Below are positions 12,619 through 24,940 of a stretch of 64,000 bases of DNA, one piece after another. The stretch spans positions 76,818,001-76,882,000 of the forward strand of contig NC_135805.1 of NCBI RefSeq assembly GCF_964213995.1, in the 5' to 3' direction. The notes under the pieces were generated by a model. That model had not been told where the DNA came from, made no database searches, and saw nothing but the letters and a program-made list of their open reading frames with translations. Both the position numbers and the translations under genes were made by a program. Source of the stretch: Mustelus asterias (Eukaryota). Numbering within the stretch: position 1 is the first letter of the stretch; each line of letters starts with the position of its first letter.

Positions 12619-13884
12619 TCCAATTGACAGCTGTTCTAAATGATAGCAAAGCCTACTGCCTTACTGAAGACAGAATAAACCAACAGCTTGTGACCTGTTC
12701 AAATTGAAGTTAACAATTTTCAACTATGAAACAGGCACACAAAACTTGGTTTAAAAAGAAATCATGATGCTGAATCTAACCGGTCGATGGACGGTTAGCA
12801 ATCATGACTCAGACAAAGCCATAACAAGGGAGAATTTCAGCCAGGTACATACTGCACTTACTGAAGGTTTCAATGATTTTAATCTTATCATGGAATTTGA
12901 AACATACATACTGCATTCCATTAATGGAGTACACTGAAATAATTAGTTTGTAATCTTACTTAGAGGTCTGAAGTATGACTCATTATTTAAGAAATTGAAC
13001 ATTGAGCTGTTGTAGCAGGGCATACTATACTGACACTGAGACTGGAATATACCTGACCAGGCTAGCTCGTCTCGCCATGTCATACATGATATGTGAGTGT
13101 TTAATGTGGGATGTCAAAAGGGATCATTGCCTCAAATCATCTCCTATATTTGGTTTTAAATTGCAGGATCAGTGCACTGTCAAAGAGAAAACAGCGACAC
13201 ATTTATCAGCTGCTGGAGCCATTACAGGTGCAAGAATTATAATTGGCCCAGTTCAGGTGAACATAAGCCCTTCTGTGCCTTGAAGATAACACTGGCGGCT
13301 CACTACTCTTTGACAATGTATCCCCATATATTTATTCCTCAGCATCAGCCCAGCCTACAGAACTAGTAGGAGTTTAGCCACAATAGTCTATACGGGCAAC
13401 CAACTGCCAAAGCAAGTTGTCCTCGTTCCTGGATTGACCTCCATTCCCCATTCACATGGAGATAGTCAATTGAATGGAGGTGATGGGATGGCGGTGGCAG
13501 GGGTATTGTGTAGTGAGGAGCTGTGGAAAGAAGGCAATATTCTCCAGCTCCGCAGCATTGTGGTTTGATGCTCCAGCATGCAGAGCACCATACCTTGGGG
13601 CACAGCTTAATTAGCACACACACCTAGCATGTTTCAGATAAAAATCATGTAAAATGTTTTTTAAAATTTTCAAAATGAGATATAAATTAGATACATTACT
13701 ATAGTGCATCCTGTTTAGACTGCTTACTTCAGCACAGTGTGTCTGTGATATTGAATTCAGTGGCTGAAGCCCTAATCAACTGCATTGACCTTAATGGTGT
13801 TAAACAGTATAAGTATTATTGTGGCTACAACCACCCAGGTGAGTGGTGAGGTGTAGGAATGTAAAATTCTGGTCCATGTTCTGA

Positions 13885-14425
13885 CCAATATTTATCCCTC
13901 AATAACAATTCAAAATTGTTTATCTGGTCATTATCATATTGCTGTTTGTTGGAGCTTGCTGTGTGCAAGTTATAGAACCATGGAGTTCCTGCAGTGCAGA
14001 AAGAGGCCATTTGGCCTATCGCGTCTCACAGACTCTCCAAAAGAGCATCTTACCCAGGCTCAATTCCTGCCCTATCCTCGTGACCCTGCACATTTACCAT
14101 GGCTAATCCACCTAACCTACAAATCTCTGGACACTAAGGGGTAATTTAGCATGGCCAATCCACCTGACCATCTTTGGACTGTGGAGGAAACCCACACAGA
14201 CCAAGGGGAGAACGTGCAAACTCCACACAGACAGTCACCTGAGGATGGATTTGAACCCAGGACCCTGGCGGTGTGAGGCAGCAGTGCTGACCACAGTGCC
14301 ACCATGTTTCCTTCATTTTAATAGCAATTACACTCCAAAAGTAGTTTATTTGCTGTGAAGCACTTTGGGACACTCTGTGGTCATGAAATGCATTACATAA
14401 ATATGCTTATTTCTTTTTTTCTTTG
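13885..14425 (+). mobile_element. Deu-domain/SacSINE1-like SINE remnant interrupted by an HE1 copy
   Basis: tatttatccctc...ttatctggtcattatcatattgctgtttg..gagcttgctgtgtgcaa precedes the HE1. After it comes gtttcct...ctgtgaagcactttgggaca...ataaatatgcttatttcttt, an L2-like tail. Confidence 0.65.
13971..14306 (-). mobile_element. HE1-type SINE
   Basis: Near full length. The reverse strand has a tRNA-like head (tggcactgtgg A box, ggttcaaatcc B box) and a CR1-like tail. Confidence 0.88.
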
Positions 14426-14449
14426 AATGTTGTCTACAAAATATGTGAC

Positions 14450-15722
14450 TGTGACAAAGGTAAACTTCCCTCCTCATCCTGCTTGACCTGTCTGCAGCAT
14501 TTAATATGGCTGACCACACCATCCTCCACAAATGCCTCTTAACTGCTGTCCAGCTGGGTGGGATTGCACTTGCCTAGTTCCATTTTTACCTATCCATCCA
14601 TACCCAGGGAATCACTTGCAATGGCTTCCCTTTCAGCTCCCCCACTATATCCACTTGTATTCCTCAGGGATCTATCCTCGGCCCACTCCTATTTCTCATC
14701 TTCATGCTGATCCTAAGTGGCATCATCCGAAAGCACAGTGTTAGTTTTCACATGTACACTGAGAACACCCAGCTCTACTTCACCAACACCTCCCACGTCT
14801 CCTCTGCTGCTAAATTATCAGAGCCCACAGGTGGCCATGCCTTCAGTTGCCTAGGCTCTGAGCTCGGAATGCCCTCCTTACACCTCTCCACATGCTTACC
14901 TCACTTGGCTCCTTTAAGACACTCATTATCCATCACCCAGTATTGGATGACTAGAAATTACTTTCAATTACATCTAGATGAAAATAAAACCATTATTTTC
15001 AGTCTCCACTCCAAACTCTTTTTCGTGGCTACTGATTCCACCCACCTCTGTGGCAACAGTTTGAGATTAAGCCAGACTGTTTGCAGCATGTGACCCTGAG
15101 ATGATCTTCCAATGTCATATTTACACCATCACTAAGACTGCTTTTTCCACCTCCGTAACATGACCCAACTTTGCCTGTCTCGGCTCCTTTGCTGATGAAA
15201 TCCTCATTTGTTACCACGCAATACAACTATTCCAACAGACTCCTGGTACCTTCTGTAAACTTGAAGTCATCCAAAACCCACATCTTAATTTAATCAAAGT
15301 TCTGTTCTGCAACCCCCAGTGCTCTCTGACCTGCATTGGCTCCTACTCAAGCAACTTGAGATTATAAAATGTTCATCTTATTTTTAAATCTCTTCCTTAA
15401 CTCTGTAATCCCCTCACTATCCTCTGAGATACCTGCTTTCCTCCAATTAGGACCTCGAGAGCATCCTGGATTTTAGTCACCCCACTACTGGTGGCCATGC
15501 CTTCAGTTGCCTCGAAGCTCTAGAATACCCTCTTTACACCTGTCCACATCTTTACCTCACTTAGCTGCTTTAAGAAACTCATTAAGACCTATCTCTTTTT
15601 TTAAGCTTTTGTCATCTGACCTAATTTCTCCATGTGGCTTGGTGTCATATTTAGTATTCAACGATCCTGTGAAGCACCTTGGGACATCTTATTACAGAAA
15701 TACACAACAGAAATACAAGTTG
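14450..15722 (+). mobile_element. L2-clade LINE, 5'-truncated and degraded
   Basis: Peptides LLILLDLSAAFNMADHTIL, PQG..LGPLLFLI and FHMYTENTQLY (degenerate YADD); L2-type 3' tail ...tacaagttgtagt. Confidence 0.8.
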
Positions 15723-16564
15723 TAGTCGGTATAGTAGTGGAAGCAGCGGCAGAAGTCATCATACAAACAAGGGTTGTAAGTTGTCCAAGTTCTGCTATAG
15801 GCTGTCATGAGCTATTCTATGACCAGAGTAGCCGCAAATGGAGTTGAAAGCCATGGAAATGTCATTGAGCAGTCCTAGTTCTGAATTTATGAATAAAGTT
15901 TTCTGCCTTGTACCTGCTACATTAAACTGCAATTGTCATAATTCTTTTCATTCTCATAATTTATCTACATTCACTGCGAGTTTTCAGTTCTCTTTTTCAC
16001 AGTTCAGTATTTCTGTGTCCTGAGTAAAGAGGAACACATTACTTTTTATTCCCTCGCCCAGCTCATATGTGTGAGTAAGAGGGAGAAGCAGAGAGAGTCA
16101 AGTATCTCAGATCTCATTAATGGGGATTCAGTTCCCCCTATCCATGGATTTCCATTTTTTATCAATTCACCGTCTCTATTTCCTGAGCAATTTTCCAGCC
16201 ATCCCATGAAGTTAGATTGCAATTTCATCCACAGAGATGTATTATGGGCTATTGGGCCTTACAATGAAAGTCCTAGAAGTAACCACTGGCATTTGTTCAG
16301 TTAGTTAATATTGGTTTGGGAAGTGGTAGCTGTGCTGTGTTTGGCTCCTGTGTCTCCATAACAGTGAGGGAGAATTAGCTGAGACTTCCATTGGTCACAA
16401 TTTAGTGAGTCCATGTGTACATGTGTGGATGCTGACTGAGGATGGCATTGAACTGAGCTATGCTGTTCCCTGTAGTTGAATTGCCATTGTCACTTAAGAA
16501 GAATGTGCAAGGAATTGGGTGGCTGTTGATAGTCAGAACAATGTATCATAATATGAGTAAGTGA

Positions 16565-17815
16565 TTGGATTTTCTGGGCATGTAACGAAGTGTGTGGATG
16601 AGGGTAATGCGGTTGATGTAGTTTACATGGATTTCAGCAAAGCCTTTGGCAAAATCCCACATGGGAGACTTATTGAGAAGGCTAATGCATGTGGGATACA
16701 GGGTGATCTGACAAGGTGAATTCATAATTGGCTTAGCAGTAGGAGTTGGAGGGTGGTGACAGACAGCTGCTTTAGTGACTGGAGGCCAATGACCAGTGGC
16801 GTACCACAGGGATCTGTGCTAGGCCCCCTATTGTTCGTCATTTGTATAAATGACATAGGTGACTATGTGGGGGGTAGGATTAGTAAGTTTGCCGATGGTA
16901 CAAAGATTGGTCAGGTGATTAACAGTGAAGTTGAGTGTCTTGGGTTATAGGAAGACATAGATGAGATAGTCAAATGGGCAGATAAGTGGCAGATGGAATT
17001 TAACCCTGAAAAGTGTGAGGTGATGTGCTTTGGAAGGAGTAATTTGACAAGGAAATTTACTGTGAAAGGTCTGACGCTGGGAAGTTCCAAAGAACAAAGG
17101 GACCTTGGCGTGTTTGTCCATTGATCTCTGAAGGCAGAAAGGCAGGTTAATAGGGTGGTGAAAAAGGCACATGGCACACTTGCCTTTATCAATCGGGGTA
17201 TAGATAACAAAAGCAGAGAGGTCATGATGGGTTGTATAGAAGTTTGGTGAGGCCACAGTTGGAGCACTGTGTGCAGTTCTGGTCACCACATTAGTGGAAG
17301 GACGTGAACACATTGGAGGAGGTGCAGAGGAGATTTACCAGGATGCTGCCTGGGATGGAATATTTAAGTTATGAAGAGAGGTTGGATAGGCTTGGGTTGT
17401 TTTCGTTGGAGCAGAAAAGACTGCGGGGCGACCTGATAGAAGTGTTCAAGATTATGAAGGGCATGGACAGAGTGGATAGTGAGCAGCTGTTCCCCTTAGT
17501 TGAAGGGTCAGTTTCGAGGGGACACAAGTTAAAAGTGAGGGGTGGGAGGTTGAGGGGGATGTGAGGAGAAATTATTTTACTCAGAGGGCGGTGACGGTCT
17601 GGAATGCGCTGCTTAGGAGGGTGGTGGAGGCGGGATGCCTCACATCCTTTACAAAGTACCTGGATGAGTACTTGGCACGCCATAACATTCAAGGCTATGG
17701 GCCAAGCACTGGCAAGTGGGATTAGGTGGGCAGGTCAGGGCATTTCATGCTTCGGTGCAGACTCGATGGGCCGGAGGGCTTCTGCTGCACTGTAATAATC
17801 TGTGATTCTGTGACT
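16565..17815 (+). mobile_element. CR1/HER1 LINE, 5'-truncated, with stops and frameshifts
   Basis: Peptides DVVYMDFSKAF, TSGVPQGSVLGPLLF, SKFADGTK and VQRRFTRMLPG; (tctgtgat)-type tail. Confidence 0.92.
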
Positions 17816-17917
17816 CCAAAGGAGGGAGAAATTCATAAATAAGTATAATAGCGTTACAATGTGCTCTTTCTTTGATGAAGAGATTGTTTTGCTTTTTTGA
17901 AGTTGGAGGTCAGACTA

Positions 17918-18588
17918 CGGTGGAATTCTCCCATGCTCCTTCCATTCAAACGGAGGGTGGGGGGAAGAATTTGTCAAAAGACTCTAAAATCGGTTTTATT
18001 CCTGTGTGAATTTCTCATGGTATCTTCTGCTGGTGCCTGTCATGGTGAATCGGGAAACCCACTGGAGGCTGGCATAAAACTCATTTGCATCCTGTTAATG
18101 GGATGTAGATGAAAGCTCAACCACCCACACCCGATTCTCCGCAGTGTCAGTGGTACACGCTGGCACAAAAACATACCTGGAACAACATGGTATCCAGATG
18201 TCAAGGATGGAGGGGGCAGGCAACCCTGGACCGTGGAACACCACAACAGCAGGTGGGGAGAGCACCTGCAGGTGGACTATCCAGATTCAGTGTCCTGGAG
18301 GAGTCCATCTTCCAGCCTCTCAGTGCTCTTGGAGATCCATCTTCATTTTCAGGAGGTCCATCTTCTTTCTTCAACAGTGGGTCAGTGATGTTGGGCACCT
18401 TTTCCATAGGGTGCCCAGATAGGATGGCGGACTACGTGCCATCAGGCTTGCTCTGCTATGGAATATTGCACAAAACACCCAGTTTCATAATTAATGAGGT
18501 CAGAAGATTCGGCACACCTCCACAGTGGTGGAACTCTATGTTCCTGTACCACCAATGGACCTACTCCCAGGATGAGATAATACCCCCC
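17918..18588. mobile_element. Non-autonomous Harbinger-like element
   Basis: Degenerate TIRs cggtggaattctcc / gagataatacccccc; internal atttgcat-type motifs like the other Harbinger ends. Confidence 0.5.
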
Positions 18589-18897
18589 TTTTAGTGTTAC
18601 CAACATAATGAACTGAGGTTTTCTTCATGGGATGTGATTGTAAATCTCCTTTATTGGGGAGGTGCTCCTTCATGAACAAGAAGAACATCTCAACTGTAAA
18701 ATTTTTTTTAAAAAACCTGATACAGACATTTTAAAATATACTTGAAAGAACAGAAATAAAATAGTAAGCAAAAATAAGTATTTCAATTTTTAAAATCTGT
18801 CCACAATTCACACTAACTACAGCTTCACAATAAACATTACATAACTGCACCACAAGATGGTACTATTCAACTCTCATCTATCCTGTTTATGGAATAG

Positions 18898-19228
18898 GGG
18901 TGATTGTGGTAAAGTGGTAATATCACTGGACTGGTAATCTGCATGTCCAGGCTAACACTGTAGCGGCACTCATTGCAGCTGGTGGAATTTACATTCAGGT
19001 AATAAATCAGTAATGGCGGCCATAACAGCTATCATTAAAGCCCTTAAGGGAAGGAAATTTGTTATCCTTACCCAGTCTGGCCTACATGTGACTCCACACC
19101 CACAGACTGACTCTTAACTACCCTCGGAAATGACATAATCCACTCAGTTCGAGGGCAATTAGGGATGGGCAACAAATGCTGGCCTTGCCAGTGACACCCT
19201 CATCCCGTGTAAGAATATAGAAAAAAAA
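18898..19228 (+). mobile_element. SINE whose 3' tail is shared with the LINE at 20870-21530
   Basis: tRNA-like head (gtggtaaagtggtaa). Tail gggcaattagggatgggcaacaaatgctggcc...catccc followed by an A-rich end. Confidence 0.7.
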
Positions 19229-20559
19229 GTAAATTAACTTCCTATTGAACATTTAACATTTTAACGAAAGAGTCACTGATTTTTAGTTTTTGCACTTCAT
19301 GGCTACTTGAATATTACTTTAAATAGTAATAAAGGGCTGATTTTGATGTTTATGTAGCAAGGGATTGCGGGGAAGTGAGGAGGTGGCTGATAGACCAGCA
19401 GTGAGTCATAGCCAAAGGGGCATGGACAGGCATAGTGCACTTCAAGCATACTCTGCATGCCCAGTCTCTCCAGAGGGAAGAAAGCCAGTCAAATTATTTT
19501 GCACGTAAGCATCGCTTTACGTCACACTTTCAAGCCAACATTTAAAATAAAAAGTTACATGCCAACATGCCATCATATTGTAGTTGTAGACTCGAGTCCA
19601 TCGATAGAGCTGCTGAAATCTCCTTGGCTGCTCTTAAACCAAAAGTCTCATCTACTGCGTGCAGATTTTGGGACAGGAAATCAGTTTAAGGAAAGTACAA
19701 GAAACAAATTGAAATTTTAAAATTTAAATTGTAAATCAAAAAATATATATTTTTTTGCAGCAAACTTCAAAATAATAAATAAATGTGCCCCTAGTCACTT
19801 CCTAGTCCCTACTTCTTCCGATTCAGTTCTAAGGTTATTTTGCCTTACTTATCATGTGTGACACTGAGATTTTCTATTGTCAGTACAATAATACTAAACT
19901 CTTACATGTACCACACACTCATTGCACCTCACTTGCTTCTTGTAACACTCTCCCAATCACATTTTCCCTGTTATGCTCTTCTAACTGATTTTGATGTTAC
20001 AAGAGATCTGCTAGTAATAATCATTGCTTTTTCCATCCACCTGCCAAATCATAGACATTTACCCATCTTTTTCAATATCAACTGCATAAGTGAAGGTTCT
20101 TTTTTGATTTCACTCTCCCCCACCCCCAACACACCACAAACAAATTATCAACATTACACAAGCAATGGCAGGCAGAGTCCAATAGTTCATGTTTGATGTG
20201 TGCGCTTGTACTTATATTTGACTGGTTTTGCTGCAAAGCTATTTTGTTAATTTCTTTTAAGTTGCATTCTAGCTCCTTTATTGCTTAAATTTAAATACTT
20301 CAATGCTTTAGTTATTTTACAAATGTTCTTTCCTATAACACTTTTTCCTTGGATTTTTGTAAATTATTATACCTTGTTTAAATAATCATTGGCAGTGCTA
20401 AATGGAGTTTTTATTATATTGTTCCTTTTTAATGCAGGTTAACTTTATATATTTATAAGTTTTGATTTGTTGGCTCCATTATTATGGCTGTTGCATAATA
20501 AGTGCTTTTGCCGTTGTACTAAAATGAGCAATTTCTGTGAATTAAGATATCACAACTGC

Positions 20560-20685
20560 AGAATATAAGGTGGGAAAGTGGAGTTGAGGATTATCAGATT
20601 AAATCAGTCATGATCTCACTAAATGGCGGAGCAGACTCAAAGGGCCAAATGGCTTACTATTATGTCTTATGGACTTATATGTTCA
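20560..20685 (+). mobile_element. Short CR1 3'-end fragment
   Basis: aatggcggagcagactcaaagggccaaatggc followed by a (ttatg)-type tail. Confidence 0.6.
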
Positions 20686-20869
20686 GTCAGATTATCAAAT
20701 GATTTGTTAAACTCAACAGGATTTTTGCTAGTTTTCACGTATTTTGGTGATTTTTTTTATTTTTCAGGTTACAGTTTAGTTATTGGAAGAAAGCAGACGC
20801 CAATGAAGGATGCTATCCTTGCTCCCCATGTATGATTCAATAGAAGAGATTTCTAAGGTGCTAAGTGGT

Positions 20870-21530
20870 TTCAACATCCTGGGGGTTACCATTGACCAGC
20901 AATTGAACTGGACTGGCTATCAGAGCAGGTCAAAGGCTAGGAATCCTATGGAAAGTAATTCATCTCCTGACCCCCCTCAAAGCCTGTCCTCCATCGACAA
21001 GGCACAAGCCAGGAGCATAATGGAATACTTGCTGCTTGGCTGGATGAGTTCAATTCCAACAACACTCAAAAAGCTCAACACCATCCAGAACAAAGCAACC
21101 TACTAGATTGCTACCCCTTCCACAAACATTCAATCTCTCCACCACCGACGAATAGTGGCAGCAGTGTGTACCATCTACAAGATGCACTGCAAGAACTTAC
21201 CAAGGTTACTTAGGCAGCACCTTCCAAACACGATCATGACTATCTAGAAGGACAAGGGCAGCAGAGACTTGGAAACACCACCATCTGGAGGTTCCCCTCC
21301 AAGTCATTCACCATCCTATCTTGGAAATATAGCACCGTTCCTTCACTGTTGATGGGTTCAAATCCTGAAACTTCTTCCCTAACAGCACTATGAGTGTACC
21401 TACGCCCCAGGGACTGCAGTCGTTCAAGTAGGCTGCTCACCACCACCTTCTGAAGGGCAATTAGGGATTGGCAATAAATGCTGGCCGAGCCAGCGATGCC
21501 CACCCACATCCTATAAATGCATTTTTAAAA
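20870..21530 (+). mobile_element. CR1-clade LINE 3' fragment (second family)
   Basis: ORF2 C-terminal peptide NILGVTIDQQLNWT...KAQARSIMEY...TTLKKLNTIQNKA; 3' UTR with an A-rich end. Confidence 0.8.
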
Positions 21531-22067
21531 ATCATATTTTGGCATCTTTCTTAAGATGTGTTATCTTTTGCATTTGTTCTCAAGTGTTGTAGGAAGTTAA
21601 TACAGTATTGGATCTAGCTGTCACACTCTGCCAGGCTAGTTAAATGCTTGAGAAGGGATGCCAGGATTGTCAAGTGGAGCAACTTTCTTCACATCCAACA
21701 GATGCAGCAGAACCTCTGCTTTGTAATCTAAGGTGATGAGTTCTCCATTACAAGGCTCAATTATTAAAAACATACAGTTTTTTGCCTCTTGGAAAAAATA
21801 AAATATACTTTTGAAATATTGACAGCCTTGATAAAAAGCTTTTCCCTCTGTATATGTTCACTTACCTACAAGTGGGGATATCCCTTTAAATTTTAACAAT
21901 TATTATGCCCTGTCTTTTGTGAGGTTCCAGCACCAGATTGAATCTGGGCTGAGAACCACAGGATAATAAGATATGTATTTATTGGTCAACCCAAAAAGTT
22001 CCAGGAGTTCAGCCCAATGAGAAAACATCTTAATGTCTGTGTGCTATGTGCAAAGGTGTACCTTTGA

Positions 22068-22350
22068 ATTCATAGGATCCCTACAGTGCAGAAGGAGGCT
22101 ATTTAGTCCATCGAGCGTGCACCAACAACAATCCCACCCCAGGCCCTATCCCCGTAATTCCATGTGTTTACCCTGCCAATCCCCCTGACACTAGGGACAA
22201 TTTAGCATGGCTAACCAACCTAACCTGCACATCTTTGGACTGTGGAAGGAAACCGGAGCACCCGGAGGAAACCCACGCAGACACGGGGAGAATGTGTAAA
22301 CTCCACACAGACAATCACCCAAGGCTGGAATTGAACCTGGGTCCCTGGCG
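22068..22350 (-). mobile_element. HE1-type SINE, head slightly truncated
   Basis: High similarity to 22629-22964, including the B box. Confidence 0.88.
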
Positions 22351-22415
22351 GGAATTATCAGTTTTGGACAGGGATGACAAAGCAAATTGAAAGATTTACT
22401 AATTTCATATAATAG

Positions 22416-23353
22416 AACATAGAACATAGAACAGTACAGCACAGTACAGCCCTTCAGCCCTTGATGTTGTGCCGAGCTTTGTCCGAAACCAAGATCAAGC
22501 GATCCCACTCCCTATCATTCTGGTGTGCTCCATGTGCCTGTCCAATAACCGCTTGAAAGTTCCTAAAGTGTCCGACTCCACTATCAAAGCAGGCAGTCTA
22601 TTCCACACCCCAACCACTCTCTGAGTAAATCATAGAAACCCTACAGTGCAGAAGGAGCCATTCGGCCCATCGAGTCTGCACCGACCACAATCCCACCCAG
22701 GCCCTACCTCCACATATTTTACCCGCTAATCCCTCTAACCTACGCATCCCAGGACTCTAAGGGGCAATTTTTTTTAACCTGGCCAATCAACCTAACCCGC
22801 ACATCTTTGGACTGTGGGAGGAAACCGGAGCACCCGGAGGAAACCCACGCAGACACGAGGAGAATGTGCAAACTCCACACAGACAGAGACCCGAGCCGGG
22901 AATCGAACCCGGGACCCTGGAGCTGTGAAGCAGCAGTGCTAACCACTGTGCTACCGTGCCGCCCCTCGGACATCCTTCCTGTATCTCCCACCATGAACCT
23001 TATAGTTATGCCCCCTAGTAACAGCTACATCCTCCCGAGGAAATAGTCTCTGAACGTCCACTCTATCTATCCCCCTCATCATCTTATAAACCTCTATTAA
23101 GTCGCTTCTCATCCTCCTCCGCTCTAAAGAGAAAAGCCCTAGCTCCCTCAACCTTTCCTCATAAGACCTACCCTCCAAACCAGGCAGCATCCTGGTAAAT
23201 CTCCTTTGCACTCTTCCCAATGCTTCCACATCCTTCTTATAGTGAGTGACCAGAACTGCACACAATATTCCAAATGTGGTCTCACCAAGGTCCTGTACAT
23301 TTGCAGCATAACCCCACGACTCTTAAACTCCAACCCCCTGTTAATAAATGCTA
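22416..23353 (-). mobile_element. CR1/HER1 LINE, 5'-truncated, interrupted by an HE1 SINE
   Basis: (atagaac)n tail at ~22412-22432. Reverse-strand peptides YRTLVRPHLEYCVQFW and VQRRFTRMLPGLEG. Confidence 0.92.
22629..22964 (-). mobile_element. HE1-type SINE, full length and young
   Basis: The reverse strand begins gggcggcacggTAGCACAGTGGttag...GGTTCGATTCCcgg (intact Pol III A and B boxes). CpG-rich, with a CR1-like tail. Confidence 0.93.
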
Positions 23354-23354
23354 T

Positions 23355-23900
23355 GAGTGATGGGAACTGAAGGACAAGTAAATGGAAGGCGCCCCAGGGT
23401 GGAAAGGGTAGGGAACACCTGGAGGATCTTGAGGTGGGCGATCAGGGTCTTGGGGGTAAGCCGGTTGGGGGTGGGGGTGGGGGGGGGGGAGGTCCAGAGG
23501 TCATTGGGCCTCAAGAGGAGGGCACCCCCCTTAAAGCAAAAGGGGACAGCTGATAGAGGCTTCCCTTTCCCTTCTTGCTCAAATCACCCCCTGAGTCGTC
23601 ATCCACTCATCACCCTAAATATTGAGGCTGGGTGCTTAAGGACCTTAATTGGGGCAAAGGTGGTCTTCTGTCAGAGGCCCTGCCCACCCCACTGTAAAAT
23701 GGCTACCAAGTTGGTGCAGGTGTGATCCCAGAGGGAAACACCACCATGAAATTTCACACTCTTCACATTCTTTGCTCCCACCTCCCCCCCGACTCCCCCA
23801 CTCCCACCCCTACCCATCTCAGAATCGACCAGGGGGAGTCGGGTGGGGGGGAGGAAGGTCCAGAGGTCATTGAACCTCAAGAGGAGGGCACCCCCTTTAA
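23355..23900 (+). repeat. Dispersed direct copy of 24447-24917 plus a second short copy of ~24565-24623
   Basis: Long near-identical match, visible in the DNA and in the paired ORF translations at 23357 and 24449. Confidence 0.95.
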
Positions 23901-23939
23901 TAGCTGGAACAATATTTGTATTTAAATTGAAAATCTTAC

Positions 23940-23984
23940 CTAGAGCCAACCACCAATGCCATACCAATGGAAACTCAGCCATAA
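23940..23984 (-). CDS. TMEM244: TMEM244 coding exon (45 bp if the GTAAG donor is used)
   Basis: ttttcag|TT ATG GCT GAG...GCT CTA G|gtaag. Translates to (V)MAEFPLVWHWWLALG, matching the TMEM244 EFPL..HWW.ALG motif. In frame with the preceding exon. Confidence 0.92.
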   Translation of the reverse strand, partial: LWLSFHWYGIGGWL

Positions 23985-24172
23985 CTGAAAAATATAATTG
24001 AGATATATCAATTTTTCATGTCTTTACTGAGGCACTTGTGAGTTACCCACGTGCAAAATAGTTCATCAATATTAACTCCGAATAAATTTCAATAAAAACT
24101 TAATATACTTTCAGTCATTGCTTTGAACATCTATTTCTAATTGATACTAACAGTGAAGGCTACTTTAATTAA

Positions 24173-24940
24173 GGGCCCAGGATCAGAAACTCTGGCATGA
24201 ATCTTCATGTAGGCAAGGACTCTGAAATGACAGTGGGGGACACATCCCTGCCCAGTCCAGCAGCCCCGATGCCATTTCACATTCCAATAAGCATTAATTA
24301 GCATAAGACAGGATCGCCACTCCACATAGGATGAAGTCCCATTTTGGTGTGTTCTCAGCTAATCAGGTTGGCCAGCAGCTCTGCCTTCCCTCCAGGCAGA
24401 GTGCTGCAGTGGCCAGAAGAGGAAATGCAGGGAGCTGCCTGGAAATAAGTGATGGGAACTGAAGGACAAGTAAATGGCAGGTGCCCCAGGGTGGAGAGGG
24501 TAGGGAACACCTGGAGGATCTTGAGGTGGGCGATCAGGGTCTTGAGGGTAAGCCGGTTGGGGGTGGGAGGGGTGGGGAAGGTCCAGAGGTCATTGGGCCT
24601 CAAGAGGAGGGCACCCCCCTTAAAGCGAAAGGGGACATCTGATAGAGGCTTCCCTTTCCCTTCTTGCTCAAATCACCCCCTGAGTCGTCATCCACTCATC
24701 AGCCTAAATATTGAGGCTGGGTGCTTAAGGAATTTAATTGGGGCAAAGGTGGTCTTCTGTCAGAGGCCCTGCCCACCCCACTGTAAAATGGCTACCATGT
24801 TGGTGCAGGTGGGATCCCAGAGGGAAACACCACCATGAAATTTCACACTCTTCACATTCTTCCCCCTCCCCACCACTCCCCCACTCCCACCTCTACCCAT
24901 CTCAGAATCGACCAGGGGGTGAGCGCAATATTTTGGCCCC
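24173..24940. mobile_element. Non-autonomous Harbinger-like element (source of the duplication)
   Basis: Starts taa-gggccc and ends aatattttggccc; GC-rich interior in AT-rich flanks. Confidence 0.55.

Noticed and set aside
19533-19654. Possible terminal exon on the minus strand (VDETFGLRAAKEIS...)
   Set aside because: The acceptor and phase are plausible, but the peptide has no resemblance to TMEM244 C-termini I know.
22900-22964. tRNA gene
   Set aside because: The A and B boxes belong to the tRNA-derived head of an HE1 SINE; there is no full cloverleaf or terminator.
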